A stretch of DNA of 64,000 nt from Trichinella spiralis (taxonomy: Eukaryota). A model generated the notes under the pieces. It was not told the DNA's origin. It searched no databases and saw only the letters and a program-made list of their open reading frames with translations. Shown here piece after piece: positions 45,345 to 57,253 of the stretch. A program made the translations under genes and the position numbers. How positions within the stretch are numbered: position 1 is the first letter of the stretch; every line of letters begins with the position of its first letter. The stretch is taken from the NCBI RefSeq assembly GCF_000181795.1, contig NW_003526940.1, forward strand, positions 1,879,854 to 1,943,853. Reading direction: 5' to 3'.

Positions 45345-46920
45345 ATTACGCCACAAGTTACGTCAGATTAACGGCGGCAGGTGGCAGTACAGTCGCTCTT
45401 CACATAGCGAGCGGAACGTATCCGCCAATCATGTCGTGCCTAAGCCGCGTTGAAAAGGCTGCGTAAGTTGCAAAATTTTAACACGTCGTGCGTGAGCAAA
45501 AAGAGATCACGCGAATCGTTGCGAAGCATTCGAGGCAAACAATGGGCGAGCGTGATATAAAAGCAGCTTGAAAATAGGCCAGTTTTCAGTTTGGTGACGT
45601 TTCATTCATTGCGTGGCTGCGTTGTGCAGCCCGTGCGTGTGTTATTTGTCTGACTTTTCCTATCAACGAGCGGTTTGTAAATGAACGCCACTTTTATGAA
45701 CTTTATTGTAATTTTCTACATTTCAGTGAGGTGGAGTCAAAACAGCGGTTGGTCAAATGCATTGCACTGCTCTTGACACACAGAACACGGTCTGCTTTGC
45801 AGATTATCATAGAAAAGAGCAACTAACGCTTGCTGATTCTGCTTCGCTCCCAGAGCTGGATTTGCTACCCCTCCTGTTTGGTTCAATTAGGAACCCCTAT
45901 CGAAATGGGAACACTCGACAGGTGATGTACAACACTTTAGAGTTTGAGATAAATCGAACTGCACGGCGAAACATGGTTTTGAAGTGAGGCGCATCACGAG
46001 GCAAGACACGGCCCTACGTGCTGCAGCTGAAACGCCGCCTGCTCAAACGCTACGGTGAATTAGATGATGAGCGCTTTGACGTACTTATGGCTCCAGTCGC
46101 TGACGGAGATATGAAACTCTCCTAGCTACTTCAAGAACTGAGCTGTTACTGCAGGACAGTTTTGAACTGAAGCACTCTTTTTTTCCATCAGGTCATCTTG
46201 AAGCGTCTCCCTCTGAATATTCTACAGGTATTCTAACATTGAAGAAGTGCCAAAAAAGTCAAGAAAATGCTAATTACTAGCTCTCATCAGTAACAACTGT
46301 GGTTCAGTTTAGGCGGGCGAGGTTCAGAGCCCAGCAGATCTTGAAATCTGGAACAACGAACGCATCGAAGATTTCGAAGAGTGATTCCAGTCCTTGAATA
46401 GTCGATCACCTAACAGATCCAGCACGACTCTATGCCAACTAAGGCTAGACGTCAGAGTTCGAGCCGCTCATGGCAGCAAGTACCCCTTATATGCTATTTC
46501 TTTGCTAATTCAGCGTGCAGGTACGGAAATGCCATTCCCATTTTCAATAGTTGGCAAACGAGCATGCTCAGACTTCATGGAAATAGGGTTTCCAGGAAAG
46601 CGCCAGTACTGCTTATTCTTCATCCAAGAAAAGCAATTCCAATAAGGGAATAGTGGTACGTATAATGCTTACTGAAACCACCCCACGCAGTGAATTCGAC
46701 ACAGTGGACATTCCTCAGCTGAACGCCCCAAAGCAGTTCTCGCATCAATGTTACCGGTACCTGTGATTTGTCAGTGAACTTAGGTTTGGCACGTCCCGTG
46801 AGATGGAAATTCGTCGTCTCAACGAATCCATTAAACTGTCGCCGCGTTTCGTTGGAACGCACCATTGTAGTCATACCGTGATTTCGTCTGGGGGAAAAAC
46901 CTGTGTGGCGAGTCAAGCGG
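45345..46920 (+). mobile_element. Decayed Gypsy-like LTR retrotransposon (putative LTR about 45345-45720, gag remnant about 45740-46600)
   Basis: Broken frames give LKRRLLKRYGELDDERFDVLMAPVADGDMKLS*LLQEL and ILKRLPLNILQVF, matching the Gypsy gag pattern LKxxLLxRF..ER..L..LGDRKPSQLL..FLQRLP. Many stops. Confidence 0.65.
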
Positions 46921-47869
46921 GCTACTGAAAATTAGATTTATGCCTGCACATATATAGTTACTTTAGTATCAATATCGTACCAGTGATACAATTATTATTA
47001 ATAGAAGCACCATATAACCATCTTCCTTACGTGATATGCACATTTGTGATCTTATAATAAACTGAACCGCAATAATTGAAATTGTTTTTAATATATTATT
47101 TGTGTTGAAGTTCATGCTTTTTAGTGATCAGCATTTCAAGAATAATTATTATCAGATTATAACACAGTGAAGTCATATGAAGTGTGTTAGCAAATACAAT
47201 TACAAGAAGTAACAAGTTAAATAGGATTTTAATTTTTCACTGTTAAAAATAGGACATTTACCAATTATAATTGTTAGTCATTCGTTGAAAATCAATGTTT
47301 ACTGATGACGTTTTACAAATATAATGGTTAGAGCGAATGTTAAAGATCTACAATTCCTGAAACTGAAGTAAAAATAGTTGACACTGAAATTACATCATGG
47401 CTGCCGGTATTTCACAAAAAATCAGTAACATGTACTGTCATAATAAATCTGCAGAAAGTCATGAAAGGAGCCGATCTTGAAGAGTCCGCTTTAAATATTC
47501 AAAGACAGCACAGTAGTAAAGAAGTATTGTTCGAAGATATCTGCAAAAAGATCGTTCTCCTATATATATTTGTGATTCAGTGAATACATTTTTTCTATCT
47601 GCTTGTTGCATAGCCACTGATATAGCCCGTTGTGTGATGAATTTCCACCGGATTCGTTCCTGCTTGAGCTTACGATGCAGTTTATCGCAGGTGGAATTTC
47701 TGAACAGGCACTGAATAAAGGTGTCTACCAGTTTGATGCACTGAAGTTGTCTGATTGGATTACTCGAGGTCGAGCTCTGCAGGAGATAAATCGATGAAAA
47801 CTTTGCAAGAAGCTGTCCGCTGCCTGCTCTCTCAGGTGTTCTAGACGCACCGCTCTGTTCATTATGCAT

Positions 47870-48945
47870 GTAAATATGCAGACGTAGCTCTTGTTCACTC
47901 AGGTATTGCGCCCATGCACCTCTGGGAAGATAAGCAGTGGACCGGCGAAGTCCACACCGATATGGCTAAATGGTGGCGATTCTGTCACTCGGTCGGCCGG
48001 TAAGTCACCCAATCAGAGTCGATAGGGTTGCGCATCGACTCTGCGACACACCGGGCATGAAGGGATCACTTTCTTCGCCGCGTTTTCGGCTCTAACGATC
48101 CAAAATCTTGTTCTGATAGCTACCAGAGTCTGATTGACGCCAGCATGCCAACAAGACTGCCTGACGTGGTAGTCCTTGATTAGCAGCTCTGTCACCGGGT
48201 GATTGTGTGGGAGGATGATTGGATGTTTGGACTCTGGAGGCAGAGTGGATCGTCTCAGACGTGCGCCCACCCTCAGCAAACCATCTTGATCTAAAAACGG
48301 TTCAAACTCCCTCACCCGTTCAGCCGAATCGAGCTTGATGCCGAACTCCTTCACCTGGACCTCTCTGAGCCATCGTGCTTCAGCGTCGGATAATTCCTTC
48401 ACTGAAAGATTAACATCGTTCGTTCCCTCGCTCACTGGACTTTGGCAGTTTCGCGCGAAGCGTAAACAGTAAGCGGTTACTCGAATTAAGGTCTCATAAC
48501 GACTGTATCAGGTTGTGTTGATTACCTGCTCAACCCCGCAGCCATCTATCTGGCTGGCTAAGACCTTAACAGTTTTTTGCTCAGCAGTTAGGTGTTCGTT
48601 ATCGTCTATTCTCACCACTGGCTCCGTTGGCCAATTTTCTCTGCTTTGCATCAGCCATGGTGGGCCGTGCCACTACAGGGCTGTGTTTATTAGAGTGCCT
48701 AGCGAACAACCTGGACTGGGAATGTCCGCTGGATTTTCCTTAGTCGGACAATATCTCCAACAATGGGGGGATACCAACTCTTGTATTTCTTGCACTCGAT
48801 TCGCAACAAAAGGCTTCCAGCGTGCAGGTGCTCCTTAATCCACACGAGGGCTACTCTACTGTTGCTCCAACAGGTGATCTCCTGGATTGCAATTTTCGCC
48901 ACTTCTCTCGAGACGAAAGCGTCACGAGATATTCCTGTTTCCAAT
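47870..48945 (-). mobile_element. BEL/Pao pol remnant (RNase H, integrase zinc-binding region, start of integrase core)
   Basis: TCWSNSRVALVWIK, FVANRVQEI, WRYCPTKENPAD, WHGPPWL, PFLDQDGLLRVGARL, KHPIILPHNHPVT, HAGVNQTL..FWI..CPVC, then PPFSHIGVDFAGP. Frameshifted. Confidence 0.92.
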
Positions 48946-49641
48946 GTTGTATATGTGTGATGTTAATCCTAGCACTTCCAAATAAAGGAAGGTCAATAGA
49001 TTTATTACGTCAATTTTGTTGAATTTTTCAGCTAGATGAGACTTAAAATTTATTTCAAATAATGAAATTTTAATCAACATACATAAAAAGAAATAAATTA
49101 TAGATACTGAAATAAAAAAAATGTGGAATATTGATTTCCTGCTCAACACTTTTCCATATGTTTATGTTAAAAGTGTATAAAGGGCTTAGAAAAACGAAGT
49201 CTTTTCAGAACCAAAAAAAAGACTATAGAACTGAGTTTGGTATCAAAATGTGCAGAATAACGTGCTCTACTCAAGTCTGCAATTTGTTTCACGAATTGTA
49301 CAAAACTAAATCCACACTAAGAAAAATGAAAAACGACGATTTTTTAATAAAAATTTTGTCGCATTTTTTGCCAATAAAAGGCTTTAAAATTATTAAAATT
49401 GGAAAATCTTTGATCCCATCATGTACAGAATTCTTCCAACTATCCAATAAAATAAATTTCATAAAAATTGAACATACTTCCAGCTTTTTACACGTGTTTT
49501 TCTAAAGTGGGGTTGGGTCCACCCCAACAATCCAACAACGTACATATCGCCAACAATTCATCAAAGGGTTTGTTAAGAACAGTGAAAACAATGAATAGCT
49601 TAATTATCACATATTCTTACTGTAAGATTACGGTAGGCTAA

Positions 49642-50209
49642 TGTAACATCTATTGCTGCACGACGGCGTTGCTAATTACAGGTCCAGCTGAGGCAGACGC
49701 CGAACCGCGGCAATAAAGTCCCCCTTCCCGCCCAGTTCAAAAGATACCGCCGGAGAGAACCGCGATCGGCTTCTGGCGACCAACCCGCATGACCCGACGA
49801 GCCGGTGCTTAACTAGCCGTCGTTCAGCGTGCTGTTCGGTCATCGCCGGTCACTGATGGTCCGTTGGGGCAGCGGATCAAAGCCGCCGCGTAATAAGCCG
49901 CTGATTTATAGAAGAGCCGCAAGCCGGGGGATTGTCAGCAGGACAATGGAGGGATCGAATTTCAGTTGACCCACCCCGGTGTCCCCCTGCGGCGGAATAC
50001 TTCTATATATAGAAGCGGCGGAGACCATCCAGTCAGTTATCAAGTGGACGAGCGTAGAGTGCGATTGCAGTGACGATACGAGCACGGATGATGGCGACAC
50101 GACGACGAGAACGCGCGAGCGAAGATGAGCCGGCGAAGAGTAACAACGGGCGAACTGGCGCGGACCCGGGAGAGGCGAAGCAGACGACCCCGCCCAACGG
50201 GTCGTTACA
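49642..50209. mobile_element. Solo LTR, 568 bp, TGTAAC...GTTACA termini, 4-bp TSD CTAA (Gypsy-type)
   Basis: Inverted 6-bp termini; CTAA on both sides (49638-49641 and 50210-50213); GC-rich body with a TATATATA box. Confidence 0.88.
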
Positions 50210-50284
50210 CTAAGAACAAGAACAAGAACTTGTCATTGATTGATTGATTGCTTGAAATTAGGACGAGGAAGGACAGGACGAGGA

Positions 50285-50403
50285 CGGGATGGTCCCACTT
50301 GGGCTCAATTTTGTTCCCATTTGGTCCCACTGTTCATTTATTGGTCGTTGTCCTCGCTATTTTATTAGTTCGTAATCTCGCTATTTTATTAGACCGTAAA
50401 GTC
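50285..50403 (+). mobile_element. Left TIR of a Mutator/Phantom-family element (partner at 54673-54791)
   Basis: About 119 bp, nearly perfect reverse complement of 54673-54791, with repeated CTCGCTATTTTATTAG subunits. Ends at an N gap. Confidence 0.8.
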
Positions 50404-50915
50404 NNNNNNNNNNTACATGCATAATATGCGTTCTAAATCTGTACAGTGCAACGTGTAGTGCGTTTGTGCTGCAAACGGAAGACGTAACTATGACACAGAT
50501 AATTTATGAAATCATGTCTCTATGCGTGCTGTAATTCCGCAATATCTCGTTTTTCACGATTGATTGAATTTTATTGAAAAGCAATACACACTCTTACACG
50601 TATAAGCATTAGCAAAATCTGAATTGAATTCTGTTAACACATGCGGCCTATAGATGATTTTAATCTTCAAATACACGGTAATTACTTGATTCCATCAGTA
50701 CAGAATCATGCAAATTATCAATAAAATAAATGTCATCAAAATTGAACATACTTTCAGCTTTTTACACGTGTTTTTGTAAAGTGGGGTTGGGTCCACCCCA
50801 ACAATCCAACAACGTACATATCGCCAACAATTCATCAAAGGGTTTGTTAAGAACAGTGAAAACAATGAATAGCTTAATTATCACATATTCTTACTGTAAG
50901 ATTACGGTAGGCTAA

Positions 50916-51483
50916 TGTAACATCTATTGCTGCACGACGGCGTTGCTAATTACAGGTCCAGCTGAGGCAGACGCCGAACCGCGGCAATAAAGTCCCCCTT
51001 CCCGCCCAGTTCAAAAGATACCGCCGGAGAGAACCGCGATCGGCTTCTGGCGACCAACCCGCATGACCCGACGAGCCGGTGCTTAACTAGCCGTCGTTCA
51101 GCGTGCTGTTCGGTCATCGCCGGTCACTGATGGTCCGTTGGGGCAGCGGATCAAAGCCGCCGCGTAATAAGCCGCTGATTTATAGAAGAGCCGCAAGCCG
51201 GGGGATTGTCAGCAGGACAATGGAGGGATCGAATTTCAGTTGACCCACCCCGGTGTCCCCCTGCGGCGGAATACTTCTATATATAGAAGCGGCGGAGACC
51301 ATCCAGTCAGTTATCAAGTGGACGAGCGTAGAGTGCGATTGCAGTGACGATACGAGCACGGATGATGGCGACACGACGACGAGAACGCGCGAGCGAAGAT
51401 GAGCCGGCGAAGAGTAACAACGGGCGAACTGGCGCGGACCCGGGAGAGGCGAAGCAGACGACCCCGCCCAACGGGTCGTTACA
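50916..51483. mobile_element. Second, apparently identical copy of the solo LTR with the same flanks and TSD
   Basis: 50777-51494 appears identical to 49503-50220 and sits on a short gap-bounded contig; likely assembly redundancy. Confidence 0.85.
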
Positions 51484-51504
51484 CTAAGAACAAGNNNNNN
51501 NNNN

Positions 51505-51766
51505 TAAACAACATATCAGTGAACGACATTAACAAAGTGGTATCAGGGTGATTTCAAAATTACAAATTATTGTTTGTGGATAAAGATTGACGCTAAGGAC
51601 AGCCGCTTTGTTTATTGAAGCTTGAAAAATAAACTCTTATTTGCCAATATCTTTAACCGTACATAGCAACAGACTACTGGCACCAGCTTACTCGCCACAA
51701 TGGCATGGATGGTAAAATGCTATTCATATCATTGAGGTACAACCTTGAATGTACCATCGGTACCCT
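51505..51766 (-). mobile_element. MULE transposase fragment (pseudo)
   Basis: Reads GTDGTFKVVPQ*YE*HFTIHAIVASKLVPVVC, homologous to ORF 62041-63276. Inverted near-copy of about 53797-54042. Confidence 0.85.
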
Positions 51767-52375
51767 AAGTGGTCTATTACCGATTTTCCAACTGATATAT
51801 AAATCTGCTCCCACTGTTTGTAAATAAATTTGCTGCCTGTTGAAATTTATCAAGATTTGATTTATCAAGATTTCCGGGTGTAATGTCAGAATACTGAATA
51901 ATCTGTTTGAAAAATCTGGAACGTTGCAGCAACACTTTTAATTTCCGGGTTACAAATGGCACTAATGCTAATGTTATGCGTTAGCTCGCAATTTCACTTA
52001 ATTTTACGCTTGATTTCTCGCATATGCCTTTGTCAAACATTGTCCGCGTTTCTCGTCACATCACATTTGTTGATAAAGGCGATTTTAATATAAAGGGAAA
52101 ATCAACAAGTGACAAGTTGTTCACAGTTGCAGCTTTCAAGCTTAACCAAGGAGTGACAAAAACTAAATTGTTAGCATCTGATTAATTTCTTGATTTTACT
52201 AGAAGTGTTCTATTTAAATCTTTCTTATTTGCAATCCAAGAATTTTACTTTAATATTTACAAAGTTTCTTTCGTTACAAAACATCCATATATATATATAT
52301 TTTTTTTATACATGTCGATGACGTTTGCTGTTTTTACGAAAAATCCTGTTTGACGTTCATACATCTCATATAAAA

Positions 52376-52512
52376 TACAGTCGAACTTGATTAAGTGCAT
52401 AAGATTTTGGCCGAAAAAAATTCCCTGTAGTTAATTAAACGATAAAATAATGGATAAGTGCATGGAAATTCTTTCGAAATTCCATGCTCACTTATATCCA
52501 AGTTCAAATGTA
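52376..52512. mobile_element. pogo/Tc1-mariner-like MITE with TA target duplication
   Basis: TA-CAGTCGAACTTG...CAAGTTCAAATG-TA imperfect TIRs; internal hairpin GCATGGAAATT-CTTTC-GAAATTCCATGC. Confidence 0.6.
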
Positions 52513-53469
52513 ATTTGAAATGCAACATCAAACAGATCAGCTACATCATAGGCGCAACTTTTGATGCGAAACGTTTCAATATTTCGTTACCATTAAAATA
52601 TATACACTGAAAGGTTGCAAATAGAAATGAGAATAGATGGCAATTTAAATGTTCACCAACGCACTAGTCGGCTTTGTTCAGATGTAAAAATAGAAAGTTT
52701 ACACCAAATATATAAAACTAAATTTGTTTTTTGATTTCTAAATAAAATTCCAGCTTCTATTTTTTACTTAAAACATAAGAATGAAAATAATAACACTCTA
52801 CGAAAGAAGTAAAAACTTTCTGAAGTTGAAAATAAAATTCTTTGATTGCTAACAAGATTTTCAGAGAACAGTTAGCCGGAAATTAGAAAAGTATTTAAAT
52901 GCTAAGAAATTAGCAATTGCCATGCCTAGTTTCAGCTGACAACTGCAGCTGTGGACAATTCATCACTTGTTGATTTTTCCATTGTATTACAATCGCCTTT
53001 AGCTAATCATCAGAATATTTTCTGACAAACGGAAAAGCATCTAATGCATAAATTTCATTTAATTGCTAACTGAAACGTCATTTATCTGATGAACTCAGAT
53101 AAATGAGTGTAAAACACTTTGAAAGCAAAAAAGAAGCGAAGGACAGCACGAAGCAGAACAGCAGTTAAAAGCTGCTTCAAATTCACTCTGCAGTGGACAT
53201 CGCATACTTTGATGTTAGCATTCGTGCGCTATTTGTGTGTGATTAATTTTATTCTGTCAGTATCAACAAAAAGCATTAGTGCTACAAGGAATATCAGAAG
53301 TTGATCTTCGATTGGAGATAAAATATAAAATGAAAACTAAATATTGTTGCAAAATGGTTATTTAACATGAAATTCAAAACTGTACAATTTATTTTCACTT
53401 TTGGTGTTGCATTTGCGTTCAGTGCTTTCCGTTCCAGAGTTATTCGAATCATTTTCTATTCTGTTCCTT

Positions 53470-54042
53470 GTTATTGCTCAGTACCCTGAGTTACATCTTG
53501 TACCAAATCATTGCGGGATTTAGTCCAATTCGGTGGTATGGTAGGCAGGATATATAAATTAAAACGTGCCCGCAAACAGAAATATTGGAGATGTTCAAAA
53601 GTATGCGCTGAATGTACAGCATGTGTTCCTAGTTATTAACAATTACTTTATATTGGTATAGGATAAAGAAGGCGGCGTGGGTGCAGTGTGGACAGATTTA
53701 GAAGTTCCGGCTGGGATCGATCGAAAAGATCACGTTCAAAATTGCCGGGTAGATGAGCACATGGCCTATATGGACTGATGGCAACCGTAAAAACTTGGGG
53801 TACGGATGGTACATTCAAGATTGTACCTCAATGATATGAATAGCATTTTACCATCCATGCCATTGTGGCGAGTAAGCTGGTGCCAGTAGTCTGTTGCTAT
53901 GTACGGTTAAAGATATTGGATCCAAGCTTTAATAAACAAAGCGGCTGTCCTTAGCGCCAATCTTTATCCACAAACAATAATTTGTAATTTTGAAATCCCC
54001 CTGATACCACTTTTTTAATGTCCTTCACTAATATGTTGTTTA
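53470..54042 (+). mobile_element. Deleted FLYWCH-MULE (Phantom-like) transposase pseudogene
   Basis: GRIYKLKRARKQKYWRCSK, an intron at the same position as in the 63 kb element, then DKEGGVGAVWTDLEV, then a jump to WGTDGTFKIVPQ. Confidence 0.85.
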
Positions 54043-54664
54043 CTATTGTAGTTGTTAGTGCTGTTGGCTAGTGAAAAAATAAAAATCACTATTTTGCTGG
54101 AGGGGTTTTTAATGCTTCTTTCTGAGTGATAACAATCCGCATTTGANNNNNNNNNNNNNNNNNNNNNNNNNNNNNNNNNNNNNNNNNNNNNNNNNNNNNN
54201 NNNNNNNNNNNNNNNNNNNNNNNNNNNNNNNNNNNNNNNNNNNNNNNNNNNNNNNNNNNNNNNNNNNNNNNNNNNNNNNNNNNNNNNNNNNNNNNNNNNN
54301 NNNNNNNNNNNNNNNNNNNNNNNNNNNNNNNNNNNNNNNNNNNNNNNNNNNNNNNNNNNNNNNNNNNNNNNNNNNNNNNNNNNNNNNNNNNNNNNNNNNN
54401 NNNNNNNNNNNNNNNNNNNNNNNNNNNNNNNNNNNNNNNNNNNNNNNNNNNNNNNNNNNNNNNNNNNNNNNNNNNNNNNNNNNNNNNNNNNNNNNNNNNN
54501 NNNNNNNNNNNNNNNNNNNNNNNNNNNNNNNNNNNNNNNNNNNNNNNNNNNNNNNNNNNNNNNNNNNNNNNNNNNNNNNNNNNNNNNNNNNNNNNNNNNN
54601 NNNNNNNNNNNNNNNNNNNNNNNNNNNNNNNNNNNNNNNNNNNNNNNNNNNNNNNNNNNNNNNN

Positions 54665-54791
54665 GCGAAAAAGACTTTACGGTCTAATAAAATAGCGAGA
54701 TTACGAACTAATAAAATAGCGAGGACAACAACCAATAAATGAACAGTGGGACCGAATGGGAACAAAATTGAGCCCAAGTGGGATCATCCCG
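54665..54791 (-). mobile_element. Right TIR of a Mutator/Phantom-family element (partner at 50285-50403)
   Basis: Inverted match to 50285-50403; starts right after the long N gap. Confidence 0.8.
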
Positions 54792-55329
54792 TACTTCTTG
54801 CGTGACCCAAGGAGTCCACGTGAAGACGGATCTTGCTTGATTCCTGTATACAGTGTGGATACTGTGTGGGAAAACAGGAACCACGAGAATCTGATAAGAT
54901 TGATTAGATCGGTATCAGTTGAAAGGAAAAGGCTGATATTCAACACAGACGTTGAAGTAGTGTGGATTGGAACTACTTGATCCAACACTTAAAGCGGTGA
55001 AAGATTTTGAACGCGTTGAGTCTCAAAATTGCCGCTCTGATACTTGACGATCAGAAGAACCTGACGACAGATTATTCGAACCGATTGAATTCCGTTTTAC
55101 AGGGTTAATGCGAAATGTGTCTTCTTCATCTTCTTCACTCATATTTATATTTGCGGTAGTGGCCTGACTGTGCTCCTGATGGCCGTGGAGCGATTATGCA
55201 TTAATTGTGGATGTGAAGTTAATTAATCTAGCAGTTGTTGGTCCATGTGACCTTGTTGGTTGTTTTTATCTGAGTAGCCTGGAAATCAGTCACCGCACTG
55301 AAGTCACGTTCAACTAAGTAGGAAGATGG

Positions 55330-56491
55330 TAAGGCGACTAGGAACCTACTAGGAAAGACTCAGTGCCGGATGTACTGGCGGTGCATTGCGCAATTTGCAG
55401 ACAACATCTAGTTGCAAAGCACCTTACTGAACGTTTGCATTGCTCTTTGGGATACGTCATTGCGGCAATAAACAAAATCAGAAGCATTCTTTTAAATGAC
55501 AGATTATTCAGCCAGTTTTGCGAAGAAAATGACGAAAAATTCAATCGCCTGCAGATGCGCACTGAAGTCCGGTGGTTATCGAAAGGTGCTTGTTTAAGTC
55601 GCTATTATGAGCTTTTTGAAACCATTTTGGAATTCTTTCAAAACAAAGACCCTTCAATGAGAGACAGCTTGAAGATATGCAAAAGTGACATAGCATATAT
55701 GGCTGATTTATTTTTCAAGTTTAAGGAACTTAATCTGCAACTGCAAGGAAGCGAACTTAATCTAATAAAGACGAGATCTCTCATTTCATCATTCACATCA
55801 AAGCTGGCTTTGTTCAAACGCAAACTTGGACGCAGAGAATTTTATCAATTTCCAAGCGTTGCTGCACTCAGGGAAAATGGAGAAGTACACGATGATGACA
55901 TTCAAATCTTTTGTGATCATTTAGATGTGCTACAAAAGGACGTGCAAGAAAGATTTCAAGATATTCTCAAAATGAAGATTCCAAATTGGGTGATAGACCC
56001 ATTTTCAAACACTGATGAGATCGAAATGGAATTAGAAAAGGAATTAATTGATTTACAAACCAATGAAGAGTTAAAGCCGAAGTTTAAGAATCATTCTTTC
56101 TGGTTGCAAAAACAAATATCTGACCTCTGTCCCAGTTTATGGAGAAGTTCCTGCTCGCCCTCCCATCTTCCTATTTAGTTGAGCGTGGCTTCAGTGTGGT
56201 TACTGATTTTCAAACAAAGAAAAGTAACCGACTGCAAATCGACAAACGTGGTAATTTACGACTGTTCCTTACCAACACTGAGCCCAATGTAGACAGATTA
56301 GTCGCAATGCACCAACCTCATCCATCACATTAATTATTTTCTCACTATATGATTATTTTTGAAAGAACACTCGATTTGAATAAATAGTCTGTTTAAAAAT
56401 TCATTATTTTTTTGACAATAATTTAGGGGGGCGTTTGAAAAATATATGTCTCTCAAGTGGGCGGTAGCCTGAAAATATTTGGGAAACACTG
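55330..56491 (+). mobile_element. 5'-truncated hAT (Buster/Charlie; ZBED5/FAM200-like) DNA transposon with 3' TIR
   Basis: HCAICRQHL, TEVRWLSKG, AYMADLF, LNLQLQG, WVIDPF; after a frameshift near 56140, LPSSYLVERGFSVV..KSNRL..GNLRL..HPSH*. Ends GGGAAACACTG, the reverse complement of CAGTGTTTCCC. Confidence 0.93.
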
Positions 56492-57253
56492 GTGTGAACA
56501 ATCAGATTTGCATCTTTTAATTCAAAGCTGGCCAAATATGCACTTTCATCTCAAACTGATTTGACTGATCAAATTATTTCGTTAATTTTGCATTATCATG
56601 CTCTTTATTGCTTCATTATTTGTGTTTATATTTGTTGCTACTGTCATATTTTACCAATAAATTATTATTCATTTAAAATACTTGACATTTATCGAGTAAA
56701 AAAATAAAAAATTGACTACTGAAACATTTTCATTATAAATCATTAAACGTTTTCATTACATTAAATTACAACTGCTGCAGTTCATTTTTTGTTAAGTCGA
56801 ATAGTCGATTGCGACAATTGGGAGCAGATGCTGGATATAACCTCTCATTTTTCACAATACTAGCCGTGGCTTAATTACCAAGCGTGAATGGGCTGTGCAG
56901 CAGATGCCTTCACACTTTATCATTAAAAAACTTCAGTGGTGCAGTGCTTCGAGTCAACTAAGGTCCCAGTCATTAAACTCGAGTGCGTGCTCTCCATAGG
57001 TTTAGGTCTTCCCTGCGAATTACAAAATATGCACTGTAAGATATATTTTTGCGCCTTTATTGCACTAAAATTGCATAAAGTCAAGATGAATTGTTTCATT
57101 CATCACGCAAATGTAAGTTTGAGTGATATACATACATCTGCAGCAATAAAAAAATATTTATGAGTTTGTCTTTATTGTAATAATAATCAGATTTAATTAA
57201 ATTTTGAAATGCAATGTAATTATTGCGTGTAGTGGTAAGACGTAATTTTTTGA

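Noticed and set aside
49906..50100. Identical 64-aa ORF occurring twice (also 51180-51374)
   Set aside because: Lies inside the duplicated solo LTR; not a gene.
54109..54777. Long ORFs in the track
   Set aside because: Artefacts of translating the N gap.
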